Assembly (NCBI GenBank): GCA_002269645.1
Contig: NIVC01000221.1
Span: 496,001 to 560,000 of the forward strand
Direction: 5' to 3'
DNA length: 64,000 nucleotides
Source: Macrostomum lignano
Lineage: Eukaryota
The position numbers and the translations under genes were made by a program. Positions 10,417 to 22,964 of the stretch are shown here, piece by piece (position 1 is the first letter of the stretch; each line of letters starts with the position of its first letter). The notes beneath the pieces are model-generated. The model was not told the DNA's origin, searched no databases, and worked only from the letters and a program-made list of their open reading frames with translations.

Positions 10417-13400
10417 CAGGGAATCCTAAAGACCTGGAAGTGACACTGCAATATTCAGGCCCTCCAGGCCGGTCCAACCCAGGCCGATAACTTTTTTGGG
10501 AGAGAGGACAAAGAGGAAAAACATTTTCTTGCAGGGGCTAGTAAAGCGACTCGAAAAAGGGAGGAACGAAGGATAGAGAAGGGGTTGAGTGGACTGAGAG
10601 GATAGAGAGTGCAGAGAAAATCACTGTCCAAATAAAGACTGATTCAATATGAAAGGAGCGCATTGTACATGAGTGTACGAATTCTAAACATGATGACGCA
10701 CTGTTGAATGCACACATAACTCTTATGCCCCTATCGAGCTGCATTTAAGTAAGCTTTCGTGTGTTCATAATCAAACTGAATATCCTCTCATTTGCAAGCA
10801 TCATAATGGGTTACAAGTGCTGTGTATTTGGCTGCAAATCTGGCTACGCGTCGCAGAAGACAGAAAATGTGAGCTATTATGCTTTTCCTAAAGACACCAA
10901 CTTGCGACAGCGCTGGCTTCGCGCCATTCCAAATGCTGATTTAAATGCTTCCGAATTTCAACGCGTCTGCTCGAAGCATTTCACTGAATCAGATTTCGTG
11001 AAGAGTTCATCGGATGCGAATCAACGCCGGAAGAAACGACGCTTTTCTGCATCTGATTCAAAGCTGCATCTGATTCGACTCAAAGACGATGCAGTTCCAT
11101 CTCAATTTGAAGGCTTGCCGAAATACCTGAGCAAGCCAATTACGCAGGTAAGAAGTCAAAATGCCACTTCCGCTGCGCGCTTCATGGGAGACCAAGTCCG
11201 CTTAGATGAGGAAATCAGCGACTTTTTTGGCTCCGACGAGTTGTGCGATTTCAGCGATTTGATTCAAAAGCTGGAACAAGCGACGATTCCCTCTGGATTC
11301 GTCAGAAGTAAGGAAGCAGATTCAGTCTCGTTTTACTTGATAACAAGATCTGACTCGATTTCAGCTCCTTGTCTGCTTGCCTCTATGACAGTACTGCAGG
11401 ACCTTACCTTCCAAGTCTTCATCTCTGGCCTTTCTTGCTCTGATAGCATGTTTAAACACCTGCTCAAAGATGACTCGCTACATGTGCGTCAGCTTTCGAC
11501 TTTAGAAAACATGTTAGCCTTGATTAAGTCTTCGGCTACTGTTGCTGTTGACTCTCGCAATTCAAATGTGTCGTCTGCATTTGTTGAAGGCGTTTTAAAA
11601 GTCTACCTCGAATCTTTGAGTGATGATTCTGAACTGAGCAGCAATGTCAATTTCTTAGCTGAACAGTTCTCACTGATTCATCAAAAAGTATCTGCTCGAC
11701 GATATTCACCATCAACAACTGTGTTTGCGTACTTGATCTTTTCGACAAGTCGTGCCGCCTATAAGGCAATCCTAGAAAATGGTGCCCTCTGCCTACCATC
11801 TGTAAGAAGCCTTGTCAGGCTAAATGCTGTTCTTTCGAAGGAGCCTGGAGTGGTTGAGGAAATGTACCTGCAGTTGAGGACAGAGTCACTGTCTAGCAGA
11901 GAGAAGCACGTTGTGCTCATTATTGATGAGGTCGCAACAGCTAAAAGAATCGAGTTCAATTGCGACTCTGCTTACGGCCTTGCGAGTGACGGTAAAATGA
12001 CCTCCTCAATTCTTGCCTTTCTAATCAAGTCCGTCGGCGCATCCTATCAGGATGTTGTCGGTCTATTTCCTGTTAACTGCTTGACCGCTCTGGACTTATG
12101 CAACATGGCCAAGGAAGTGATTGCGGCTGTCACAAAGAGTGGATTTGAAATTGTTGCATTGTCCTGTGACAACTCCTCTGTCAACCGAAAGTTTTACTCA
12201 ATGTCAGCTGTACCTGAACATGGGCTGTCTATGCGACATCCATGTGACGATCAGAAAGAAATCTTCTTGCTGATGGACACTACTCACAACATTAAAAATG
12301 TGTATAACAACTTTCAGAGACGAGGTGTATTTCACTGTCCAGCGTTCGACAATTGCAGCAACTTTGTGGCAAGGTTCAGTGATGTTGAGGCTATTTTTGA
12401 AATTGAAAGAGGTCAGTCGTCAAAGATTGCCTTCCGTCTGTCGGAGAAGGTTTTACGTCCTCTTAATGTCGAGAGAACTAGTGCTTCACTGGCTGCAGCT
12501 GTGTTCGATGACACAACAGTTTCTGCACTCAGACTGTATTCAAGCACAAAGAGCACGGAGGTAGACACTTCAACGTTCAATAGCACAGCCAATTTCTTGT
12601 CCATGATCAGGAAGCTGTGGGCAATATTGAATGTTCGAACGCCATTCGCCGGTCAACAATTAAGAAGACCGGAAAGTGAGCCGCTAACTAATATGCAAGA
12701 CTGGCAGCTCCAGTACCTTGCTGACTTTGTTGGCTTCCTAAAGAAGTGGCGAGCGGTATCAACAGGCGCAGATGGTCTGACAAACGAGACATTTGGCAGC
12801 CTCATTCAAACATGCTCAGCCATTCCACTATTGTGTGCGAAACTTTTTTCTACTGGCCACTTTGACTACATTCTGCTGGGAAAGTTGTTGTCCGATCCTC
12901 TTGAAAGGCAGTTCGGAAAGTACAGGCAGATGTCCGGCGGATTGTATTTTATCAGTGCAAAGCAGGTCGTTCAGTCCGAGAATAAACTTAGAATGACTTC
13001 ATTGCTTAAGCACTCGGAAATAGACTTGCTACGCTTAAAGAAGTCTTTCATGAAGGATGTTGAGCAGGAAGACACTGACGTTAGTCTAAGAGCAGCAGAA
13101 ATCTTCGCTGATGTGTCAGATGAGCCATGCATGACCTTGCGCAGTAACGAGATGGGCTGTTTGAACGTGATGTTCTACATAGCAGGTTACCTTTCAAAGT
13201 CCATCAGCAAGGGATGTGCTGATTGTAGAGAATTTTTGGTGAGCGAAGACAAGGTCCCTCCAATGGAAGTGACTCTCGACGATGCTCCTAATCGTGATTT
13301 CCTAGTTCGACAGTCATCACGGGGAGGACTGTGCTGTCCATCGGATTCTGCTTTCGTTCTCTGCATGACAGCGTTCAATTCGTTTGAGCTCATCAAGGGC

Positions 13401-14112
13401 TCCAAGCAGCTGCTGCAGAAGCTTCTTAGCTTTAAACCGCATCAAACATTCGCATCAGTCGTGATAGTAAAAACTCAAAACTGTGCAAAATTTTCGGCTC
13501 GTCGCTTCCGCTGCTCAAATCATTCACTTAGACAAGTCATTCGGCAGTTTTCTTTCCGACTCCTAAACTGTTTTCTGAAAAACCTTTCTTCTGAAGCTAA
13601 CCGCCCATCCGTTGTAGGCAAACGGAAATCGGGAGAACAGAAGAGAACTGAGGACTGCTCTCGCAAACTGGCCAAATTGAATCCTTAGTACTCGTAATAG
13701 TATATTTTTATAAGCTTCATTGTTTTGACGATTCCGAGTTACTGCTAATTATTTTATTTACGAGTAAGCTCCCAGTTTATCCTGATGCATAATTACTGCC
13801 TTTCTGATGTCCGATGATCCTTCAACCCTGGTAAGTTTGATTAAAACCCTTTTTATGTTTATATAGCCTATGGTTTACCAGTTTTATGCATAATTGTTTC
13901 TTATAAAAGGCCTCATGAAACTTTCGTTTATTTCGTTACAATAAGGACTTTAAAAAATTCAGGGGATATGACTTTTCAGCGCTGTATCATCGAGTTGATA
14001 CTGAAAACCCTATAGAAAATGGCATGGGCTGCCTTGTTTGGTTAGGTAGGATCGGCCTGAGTTGGACCGCCCCCATTGGACAGTGTCACTTCCAGGTCTT
14101 TAGGATTCCCTG
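10417..14112 (+). mobile_element. Complete P-superfamily DNA transposon
   Basis: 32-bp perfect TIR CAGGGAATCCTAAAGACCTGGAAGTGACACTG at both ends, further subterminal match GGTCCAAC.CAGGCCGAT; 7-bp TSD GACAGAC (10410-10416, 14113-14119). Confidence 0.93.
10806..13688 (+). CDS. THAP-domain P-element-type transposase (960 aa, uninterrupted)
   Basis: THAP: MGYKCCVFGC...FPKD...RWL...VCSKHF...AVPSQF; core LIIDE, SCDNSSVN, DTTHNIKNVYNNF, SDPLERQFGKYRQMSG; C-terminal CxxC. Confidence 0.93.
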   Translation: MGYKCCVFGCKSGYASQKTENVSYYAFPKDTNLRQRWLRAIPNADLNASEFQRVCSKHFTESDFVKSSSDANQRRKKRRFSASDSKLHLIRLKDDAVPSQFEGLPKYLSKPITQVRSQNATSAARFMGDQVRLDEEISDFFGSDELCDFSDLIQKLEQATIPSGFVRSKEADSVSFYLITRSDSISAPCLLASMTVLQDLTFQVFISGLSCSDSMFKHLLKDDSLHVRQLSTLENMLALIKSSATVAVDSRNSNVSSAFVEGVLKVYLESLSDDSELSSNVNFLAEQFSLIHQKVSARRYSPSTTVFAYLIFSTSRAAYKAILENGALCLPSVRSLVRLNAVLSKEPGVVEEMYLQLRTESLSSREKHVVLIIDEVATAKRIEFNCDSAYGLASDGKMTSSILAFLIKSVGASYQDVVGLFPVNCLTALDLCNMAKEVIAAVTKSGFEIVALSCDNSSVNRKFYSMSAVPEHGLSMRHPCDDQKEIFLLMDTTHNIKNVYNNFQRRGVFHCPAFDNCSNFVARFSDVEAIFEIERGQSSKIAFRLSEKVLRPLNVERTSASLAAAVFDDTTVSALRLYSSTKSTEVDTSTFNSTANFLSMIRKLWAILNVRTPFAGQQLRRPESEPLTNMQDWQLQYLADFVGFLKKWRAVSTGADGLTNETFGSLIQTCSAIPLLCAKLFSTGHFDYILLGKLLSDPLERQFGKYRQMSGGLYFISAKQVVQSENKLRMTSLLKHSEIDLLRLKKSFMKDVEQEDTDVSLRAAEIFADVSDEPCMTLRSNEMGCLNVMFYIAGYLSKSISKGCADCREFLVSEDKVPPMEVTLDDAPNRDFLVRQSSRGGLCCPSDSAFVLCMTAFNSFELIKGSKQLLQKLLSFKPHQTFASVVIVKTQNCAKFSARRFRCSNHSLRQVIRQFSFRLLNCFLKNLSSEANRPSVVGKRKSGEQKRTEDCSRKLAKLNP

Positions 14113-15024
14113 GACAGACCTAGAGAGCCGTGAGCAAGCGAGCCGAGAACGTGCCTCATAAACTCACAAAGTGAAGAAGTGGCGAAGCTCTATCAGTTGG
14201 GTCAATCAGTATTGCTGCTTGAGTAAAGGGGTTGCTGTTAATGTAACGGCAATTCTGAATGGAGATAGAGATATGCTCTGTGACGCAGGGAACGCAATGC
14301 GTAACTATGACGTCCCGGCCATTCTAAAAAAATGATCTGCAATTTTAGCCTCACCACGAGCATCAGCTGATTGGGAACGGATTCATAACACCTGCATTAC
14401 ATGCCTTACCTATGAGAAATGGGGGTGGAGTTCTGACATCTCTTCAAGACTTCCAGCTAGTCTAGCTGGTTCAAAGTAGTTTAAGTAGAATCTAAGTATG
14501 GTTTTTAAGGGAAGCTAATGTCTCTCAAAGGTGACTCCCAGGACTAGTGTGGGTGTGTGTGGTGCGGTCCGTCACACTCGGGGTATCGTCGGGGTGTCAC
14601 GAAAGTCGGGAGATGCACCTTCTTGAGAATGGAGGAGCGGATGAGCCCGGCCGGATCGTGAGCGTCTGATGCGTAGGGGGATCCAGGTAGCTTAGGGGGA
14701 CTGACCCATCATTATCAAGGTGACTTTAGGGAGGACTGACGTCATCATTTTCATGGTGGCTTGGGTGTTTAAAGGTGTGCACGGGCCCTAAATCACAGTA
14801 CATTTCACTACCAGTCTTTCTTAACCAGAACCCTCCGAGCTCAGGTAGCCCCGGACATCCGCCGTTGGCCCATGGACTACTTTTCGGACGAGATGTTGCT
14901 CCAGCTGCGCCGCCTCATCAACACCCTGGTGAGCCGGGCAGAGTCGGAGACCGGCGCTGGACAGCGGCGCCCTGGACGGCAACCCCTTCGGGGTGGACAG
15001 GCAGGCATTGACCGGTAGGTTGCG

Positions 15025-15250
15025 GAAATTGGGCGTGGGGAATTGGGGTTTTGGGAATTGGGGTGTGGGGAATTGGGTGTGGGGAATTGGGGTGTGGAGA
15101 ATTGGGGTTTTGGGAATTGGGGTATGGAGAATCGGGGTGTGGAGTATTAGGGTGTGCGGAATTGGGGTGTGGGGAATAAAAACGTGGGAAATCGTGGTGC
15201 AGGAATTGGGGCGCGAGAATTGGGTGTTGGGAATTAGCGTGGTGACTTAG
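15025..15250 (+). repeat. G-rich degenerate repeat of about 15 bp (GGGGTGTGGGGAATT)
   Basis: Visible tandem units with runs of three or more G. Confidence 0.8.
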
Positions 15251-15278
15251 AAATTGTGAGCATTGGGCATTCTTCTTA

Positions 15279-15610
15279 GAATCGTGAACAGGTATCCTTA
15301 GAATTGTGAACAGGTATTCTTAGAATCGTGAACAGGTATTCTTAGAATCGTGAACATGTATTCATAGAATCGTGAACGGGTATTCTTAGAATCGTGAACA
15401 GGTATTCCTAGAATCGTGAACAGGTATTCTTAGAATCGTGAACAGGTATTCTTAGAATCGTGAACGGGTATTCTTAGAATCGTGAACAGGTATTCCTAGA
15501 ATCGTGAACAGGTATTCTTAGAATCGTGAACAGGTATTCTTAGAAGCGTGAACAGGTATTCTTAGAAGCGTGAACAGGTATTCTTAGAATCGTGAACAGG
15601 TATTCTTAGA
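15279..15610 (+). repeat. 22-bp minisatellite AATCGTGAACAGGTATTCTTAG, about 15 units
   Basis: Head-to-tail units with few substitutions and no spacers. Confidence 0.95.
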
Positions 15611-15796
15611 AAGCTGGGAATTGCGTTGCAAATGCATTTGCTATCCAATGACAAGCATCCAGTGTGCATAGGAGCTGTATCCAATGACAGAGCAGCAGCA
15701 GGTATAGATATATTGATGACAATATCAATGATATCAACGCGAAGTCTGCATCAAAGTTGCAAAGCAGCGGCCACAATAAAAGTGAGCGGTAAGGAT

Positions 15797-16691
15797 ATGC
15801 CGTTAAAAACCCTCTTCGCTAGTTGTTTTCTGTTGTACACTTGTCTCTGGAGCTGCATGGCCTCCGCAACGCCGAGTCCGCTGGGTTTTCAGTACATCGG
15901 CTGCTATGTGGACGGCGATGACAGCAACCGAGACTTGCGAGGACTTCAAGGCATTGTCATGTTGGGTCCGTACGCCACGAAACCGACTGTGCCCGCCTTT
16001 GTGCAGAAGCCGGGCGAGATGACGCTGCAACTGTGCGCCGACATCTGCAATTACGGCCGATTCCGCTACTTCGGAGTTCAGTTTGCCGAGTACTGCTGCT
16101 GCGGGTCGGCCTACGGCTCTCTCGGAGCCGCTCCTGACTCCCAGTGCAACCTTCAATGCGGCGGGAATGCATCGCAGGTGTGCGGTGGTGCCAATAGAAA
16201 TTCAATCTATGAAATCACCTACCCGAAGTGTAAGCGAATGAAATGTTTATCAGTATGGGTAACTTTGGCGTCGTGCACATGATGGGTTCCGTTCGGGTGT
16301 GTATGTTGAAAGGAATAAGCTTGTAAGCTGAAGCGTTGAATGCAGGCCAGCACCAGGGGCTTTAGCACCAGGGGCTCAATATTTTATGCATAAGAACAGC
16401 AATTGGATTGCTAGCAAAATATCCAATCACCATTTATTCCAACCAGATGAAAACATTTCGAAGAAGCTGGCAGCTGCATCGATGCCCAACATGAGCAGCG
16501 CTCAGAGCTCCATCACTCACAGCAGTTTCCCAGCCAGAGTTGAATTTGAGTGCAGCGCCGCCTGCCACAGCAGCCCGAGCTGCCTGGGCAGCGCCTTCTC
16601 GCCATCAGGCCGCATGTGCCGCCTGCTGAAGCTCCACGCTGTGCCCGAGGAGTTGGCCAGCGAGTTCGAGTACGTCTGGATGAAGCCGTGA
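15797..16691 (+). CDS. Secreted WSC + PAN/apple-like protein (gene C); exons 15797-16229 and 16447-16691
   Basis: MPLKTLFASCFLLYTCLWS signal; YIGCYVD, LCADIC, EYCCCG, CGGANRNSIY; phase-1 donor T|GTAAG at 16230, acceptor CCAACCAG ending 16446; ends EYVWMKP*. Confidence 0.88.
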
Positions 16692-18238
16692 GGCTGAGGG
16701 CAGCCAGCAGCTGCCAGAATGGAATCAATTGCAATAACTAGCCAATTAGAACTCTGGGAATGTTGAACGAAGGCTGGTGGAATGGGTCTGAAGCATCCAT
16801 TCGTTATTTAATTGGAACTCAATGAAGCCAGAATCTATCTGGTGTCTTTACTGGTGTACTTTTACTGTCTTGTTTTCCGTTCTTAAGCCTGTCAGTCTAT
16901 CCTACTCACGAGACAGATGCTTATGAGTTTGAACTCAGAGTTGAGTACCAAGTTTCTTCGTTTAATCTGTTCGCTGTAGTTTACTTTGTCTTTTTAACAA
17001 CTTGATACTTGCAGCGTTGCGCTTGTTTTGATATAAACAGATCCACAATTAAAATGTTTTGTTTTAATTATCAACCAATATGAACTGCATTTATGGGCGA
17101 TTCTTACAGGAAACAAATTGCTCAATGAGTAGTCTCGGTGCGTGCCAGCCCTAGACTCCAATCATGGACAAGTCATCCATGATTCATACATGAACCCATC
17201 CATGTATCATCCCTGCTCATGTATGGCCCCATCCGTGATCATGTATGGTTCCATGTTGAATTCATGCATGGAAAGATGCCATCCATGTCCATGTATGAAA
17301 CTAAAAAGCGGTCAATATTCCTCATGACACTACTTTTGCAAGTAGAAATTACAACATGTGCTTAGAGCGCTATATATATTCCTAATTGTTGTCCTTGATC
17401 ATTCGTAATTATCATTATTCTTTAAAGAAGCTCTAAAAGAAACAAAAGCAAATCCAATGGAAATCATTTCATAGCAACGAAAGTGTGTTATATAGGTAAA
17501 TTTTATAGCCTTTATAGAAATGGGAAAACGACATGTATTTGAGAAAAATAAAATAAAAACTATTAAAAGAGAACATAAAAAAATGCACACAAAAAATTAA
17601 ACAGTTGATAGAAATGACAGCGAAACATAGGAGTCTTTTAGCATAAAAGACTGTGAAAAATGTAACGGAGCAATCAACGACAAAAAAGTGCTGACACACG
17701 AAAAGCATATGCATTGGAGTACAAATTTTCACTGGATAGAGCACATGTACATAAGACATGACGTAATTAAAAATAGACAATGAATAGAAATTAGAAGCAA
17801 GCATTGGAGCACAAAAGGAACAATATGAAAATGTACACAAAAAATTAACTGCAAAAACGTATGCTCGCATGAAACACAATGGGGGGCATGGAACGCACAT
17901 GTGTAGCTTTTGCAGGCATCGAACATAAAGCCCTAAATAATGGCGCATGATAAATTGAAAGTTGAACAAATATGAATGCACACGGATAAAATGACACATT
18001 TGGCGCACTTTTATCAAACAAATTCAAAGATTTACAAGTCAATTTTTCGCTATTGCTAACTGCCACTCTTGGCAACCAGATATTATGTCACATTCTGCAT
18101 TTGATAAAAAGCCGACCCGGGAATGCGCCACAAACTTTTTGACATTGATGTAGGTAATTTTTCGCCGAAATTAGCGGATAGCTGCTTTTAAAGCACGCCA
18201 AGCATATGTCAACTCGTAGTAAACAAAATAATTGCTTC

Positions 18239-20533
18239 CTAATCATGCTCAAATGATTTGCACAGGGGAATAGCACAAAAGCAATCCTTACTATAGGACG
18301 CTACGGGAACAGCAATGCAAGGACGGTCGATATCCGCCAGATTGACAAACTTTTCCGGGGACAATCGCTGTGCAGTCGACAAAATAACTAGAACATAATT
18401 AAATGACGAGCACCTCTTAAACATTGCGCTAAGCATCTGTTGCCACTCTACTAAATCCTCAGGCCATGATGTGCTAGAAGAAATGTAGTCAAAAAGCGAG
18501 ACGATTGGTTCCAGAATTTGAACGCGCACATGATTCGGTAATTTAAATTCAAGGATTGAGCAAATTTCGCCAGACTTCAAAATGCAAAGATGATTTGAGC
18601 TGGTAGATTTGCCAGCAGAGAGTACACTGGAAAACAAATATCCATGGACATAGGCTTCAGAGCTTCGAAGAATGCCCTCTGATCGCATTGGCTATCTGAT
18701 CGAATTGAAGGCTTCTAGAACCGCAGGATCCTGGGCTTGACTAAAATAATGAAATAGCTCCTTTTGCCACAAAAACTTCAATACTAGCTGGGAGCCAAAC
18801 GATGAAGTTCCACACAAAAATTTCTTAAACATTCCAATTGCGCTTTCAAAAGCAAACATGGAATAAAAAGACACAGGACCAAGCAATTCATACTGATCAG
18901 CAATGTGCAAAAGCAAGTGAAAGTTTAGACGCAAAATTCTCGGACCGAAGACTTTCTGAGCATTGCCAACAAACGACTCAGCCAATTTTTCAATGTCGGA
19001 CTTATTCGACCATGGGTTATATAGCATGTGATAAAGAAGCACCAAATTAGTAAGTAGCAGCTTCAGAGGCAAATGCGTTACTCGCTGCACTAAGGTAGGA
19101 AAAAGAAAATACAAAGCAAAACTTTTAAAATGCTTGGCCTTCCAATCCGAAAAGCTTCCAAAATTAGAATTAACGAAAACACTGGATGGGATGACAGAAT
19201 TGCGTATACAAGCTGCGACAAATGCCAGACAACTTGTTGAGCAAAAATATTGCTCATGTCTATTCGCCGAGGATGTCAATTCTTCTAAAAGGTATTTTAT
19301 ATGACCTTCAAAAAAGCAATGTAAGCTGTCGATGGCATAGCAGTTCGGAAAAGAAATGTAGTTCAACAAACAACTGCGTGCTTTTACACCGAAAACAGGC
19401 TTGTTGCGAATGTTAGCAAGTTGACAATGCTCATTGTGAGTAGCTGCTGTTCGCAGAGGAAAAATGTGGTTCTTGTCAAATCGGAAAACCCAATTTGATC
19501 CCTTTTGAGACACTTTTATACTCTCGCCAGGATGGAGACACTTCGGACAACTAAATGCCCCATTGAACTGACGAATGCAAAAGAGCTTAGCAAGAGCTGG
19601 TAAATCACACACAAATAGTGTGCAATGGACGTACACACAATAGTCCAAAAAATCAAACTGCTTCGGCAAGCGATTCATTAAATCGGACAAAAAATATTGA
19701 AAGTTAGGAACGGCCCTGGAGGAAACAAGGGCTATGAGAATTAGATTGGCAAAGCGTTGACGAATGTGCCCTGGGAGATTCAGAATTTGGGCTTGAAATG
19801 GTCAAAAACTGCTCTGAATGCTTTCGAAAAAGTTGGCACCATCAGCAGATATGAGAAGATGCAAGTGGAGTTCTTTGCCTGAGGATAGCTTTAAATTTTG
19901 CTTGTTCACAATTTCAGAATTCAGGACATCACTGTTTCTACTCATTCGTAACTCCTGCTCATACTGGAGAATTGTTCCAATGTACCTAGTCAAGATGACC
20001 CGGAGCTGAGGAACAATGTCTAGAAGAGTCACGGTAGCTTTTGCCTTTAGAGGATGAACATCACATTTGCCTTTGCATTCACTGCAAACAGAAATCTCGG
20101 AAACACAGCTGTCATTAATAGAACAAACATTGTTTAGTCTCGACTTAAGCACTTTAGCGCTGGTTGGAAATGTGTGGGGCCCTGCACCCCGAAGAAGAAC
20201 AGAAGCAAGCTTTAATAGCCTATCGAGAGCTGCCTCAGAAACCCCCGATGTAATGGCCCATTGGTAGATTAGAGCGGCTTGTACATCAGGATCAGAAATG
20301 GTTGATAGACTAGACAGATTTTTAATGTCCTCATCATCTGGCACTAAATCATCAGAGCAAGCAGTAGCAGCAGTGCTAGTCCGCTTCAGATCGATTTCAA
20401 TGCTAGGTGCATTTGCATTCGCACTGATATTGCTCAATGATGAAATATCAGAAGGCGAACTAATGGACTCGCATAAGTGCGCCGAATAGTCAGTTGAGAG
20501 AGAAGGCTCGCTTTCATTTTCAGACTCTACCAT
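18239..20533 (-). pseudogene. CMC/EnSpm transposase, one frame interrupted by two nonsense codons
   Basis: ORFs 19802-20533, 18692-19690 and 18239-18688 share a frame; TGA at 19802-19804 replaces W in S.WP..I.NLP; TAG at 18692-18694; motifs ISADG, CDLPA, NG..SC..C, DSLH, HLLLH...GP...SMFAFES. Confidence 0.88.
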
Positions 20534-20710
20534 AATTTGTTGAAAAAGAACTAATTACTTTTGATTATAGAGCAAGTGAGAATTCCAGGCATTTTCGAAT
20601 ACTTCAGACAAAATTATGAAAGGAAATACATTGTAGTAGAAAAAAATAAGCACATGCAAAAAGAAGTCAGCATAGAGGATGCATCCATGTCCATGAGAAG
20701 AACGACAATC

Positions 20711-22664
20711 TTAGGCCGCTGCTTCAGCAGCAGATCGCTTCCTGGAACGCGTTTCTTCCCTGGCTAGCTGGTTAAGATGATCGCGGACAGACTGCCATAT
20801 ATTTCGCTGAAGTTGAAGCCAGATGTCCGGTAGCACAGCTGCAGAAGACCTGGAAGACGAAGTATTTGGGGGATAGAAATGGTTGAACTTAATACTTACC
20901 ATTACGAAAATGCCCTCCATTTGCAAAATTGGTGCATGCCTAAAAATCACCTCTTAATTAATTACACTAAAATTGAGTCTAGATCTCAGTTCCTGGTCTA
21001 AATTCAAATTTACAATTCATCTTTCTATAATTTAGAATTGTTGGCAAGATAAAGTTCACATAAACTTAAAGTTCATAAAGTTCATAAAGTTCTTAAAGTT
21101 CACATAAAGTTCTCATAAACTTCTGTTTTTTCAAATGAATTGCATTAGCATAGTACAAATAACATTACGCTGAAATTCAGCCACATGCTCAGCTGGAGCT
21201 GGTCGCCGGGCACTGCGTCGCCCAGAGGAGGAGTCGATAATGTGCTCTATTAGGTACCCTTCACCAAAGCGATGCTTGATGTAGCGCTTAATGAAGACCT
21301 TAGGGTCGTTACACAAAATTGATGAAACAGTAGCCAGAGATCCATCAATGCATCTGAACTCCTAAAATCAGTATGTATAAATAACTATAAGTATGTTAAC
21401 CAAAAGTACAATTTGCTAATACTCAGAATACCAGAGCTACCTCATCTTGATACTCCTTAATTGTCAGCTGGCCACCAAAGCTGACATCCTTCCTTAGAAG
21501 GCGACTCATCCTGGCCATTAGGTGCTTCTCAAGTGCAATTAACTCAGCCCAGATGAACTCTTTGATGTCTAAAAGTAAAGATGAGCTTAATGAGGCTTAC
21601 TAATTTTTAAATACTTTTACAATCAGCAAAACACAATGGAAACCATTTTTACCTGACACAGATTCAGCATTGTGACTGGCTGCATCTTGTGTAGCAAGAG
21701 CATTGCCTAGATATAACAAGAGGAAAATATAGATGTATCCTTAGATTACATGAACAATAAAATATAATAGGAGTATAATGATCTTCTAAATAAAAATGAC
21801 TTCTCCTTATAATCTAAGTCAAGAAAATCATTAATTAGTAAAATATTTTTCATTAGTCAACATGAACAATTATAAAAAAGAACAGAATTTGTACTAACTT
21901 GAGTCCATGAAGCTTGCAGCTTGTGCAATTTCATTGGTTACAATGCCAACCTCCTTGTCAAAAACAGAAGCCACTTTAGCTAAAAATGGAAACAAGCTCT
22001 CATTGAAATATGAAAATATCAGAAGCAAACATTTTTATCTATCTTTAAAGATGAAGCCCAAAGAGTTTCTTACCCATATGCTGAGGCACTGATTCCAGGA
22101 ATGAGCTTTGTTGCTCATCATCTACTCCAGCTAGGTCATACATGTCATTCAGAAGGTCATGGTCATGTGAACTAGGCTCAATAGCCTGCTGGTTAGAGGT
22201 AGACTTCAACTTTGATGTTGAGTCACTCTTCCGAAAATGCTAAATTGCCTGTTCTATAAGGCTATCTGTATTCTCTGCCTCACTAACCAAGTTTGAAAGT
22301 TGGTTCATGGCAGAAGTGATATGGCACTCTGTTCCCTTTGCTACTAGGGTAGCAGCAAAGAGCTTACCATACATGTGAAGAAACACTTTGTTTCCCTAAA
22401 AATAGGAAAAAAAGAAATCTAGTTTATTATTAATAAATTAATTTTTTTGATTAATTTTTTTTTAAAATCAAACAATTCTCTTACTTGTATCAATTGAATC
22501 TTATCTTCATCAGTCATAGACCTTGGCCAATATGGTGAACCAAAAGAAATAGAAACATATTGTTCATCATGTGCTACTGAATGCAAAATGAAGCAATAGA
22601 AGGTTGATGAATAGTCAGTTGTAAATCTTGAAGGCGTCTTTGAAGTCCTTTGGGTAGAAGCCAT
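20711..22664 (-). CDS. Putative spliced second gene of the CMC element
   Basis: Coding-like segments at about 22420-22664, 21900-22370, 21190-21360 and 20711-20880 separated by AT-rich GT-AG-like gaps; exact exon structure not resolved. Confidence 0.45.
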
Positions 22665-22923
22665 GACTTAAATCACATTCTGAAGTATAAAATTGCCTAG
22701 GTAAATGATTTTTTATAAGGGAAAAACTTTTTGAAAGTCATAAAGTCACTAGACCAAAGAGGCAAATGCCATGCATGGATACCTAATTATAAACCAGATA
22801 CCAGACTACCACATCCAAAACAAAGTAAGATGACGAATAGTCAGTCCAAAATCTCAATGGCATTTGAGCATATAAAAACAATCTAAATATTTCTGCATTT
22901 CATTCCAGCATATTTATTACAGC

Positions 22924-22964
<41 letters not shown>

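Noticed and set aside
15279-15610. CRISPR-like array (also 36350-37790 and 33501-34062)
   Set aside because: Units are head-to-tail with no unique spacers, there are no cas genes and the context is eukaryotic
17469-18017. 182-aa Cys/Phe-rich ORF
   Set aside because: AT-rich subterminal region of the CMC element; no recognisable domain
18692-19804. Programmed stop-codon readthrough of the CMC transposase
   Set aside because: TGA at a Trp position and a lone TAG are simply explained by point mutation; no recoding signal seen
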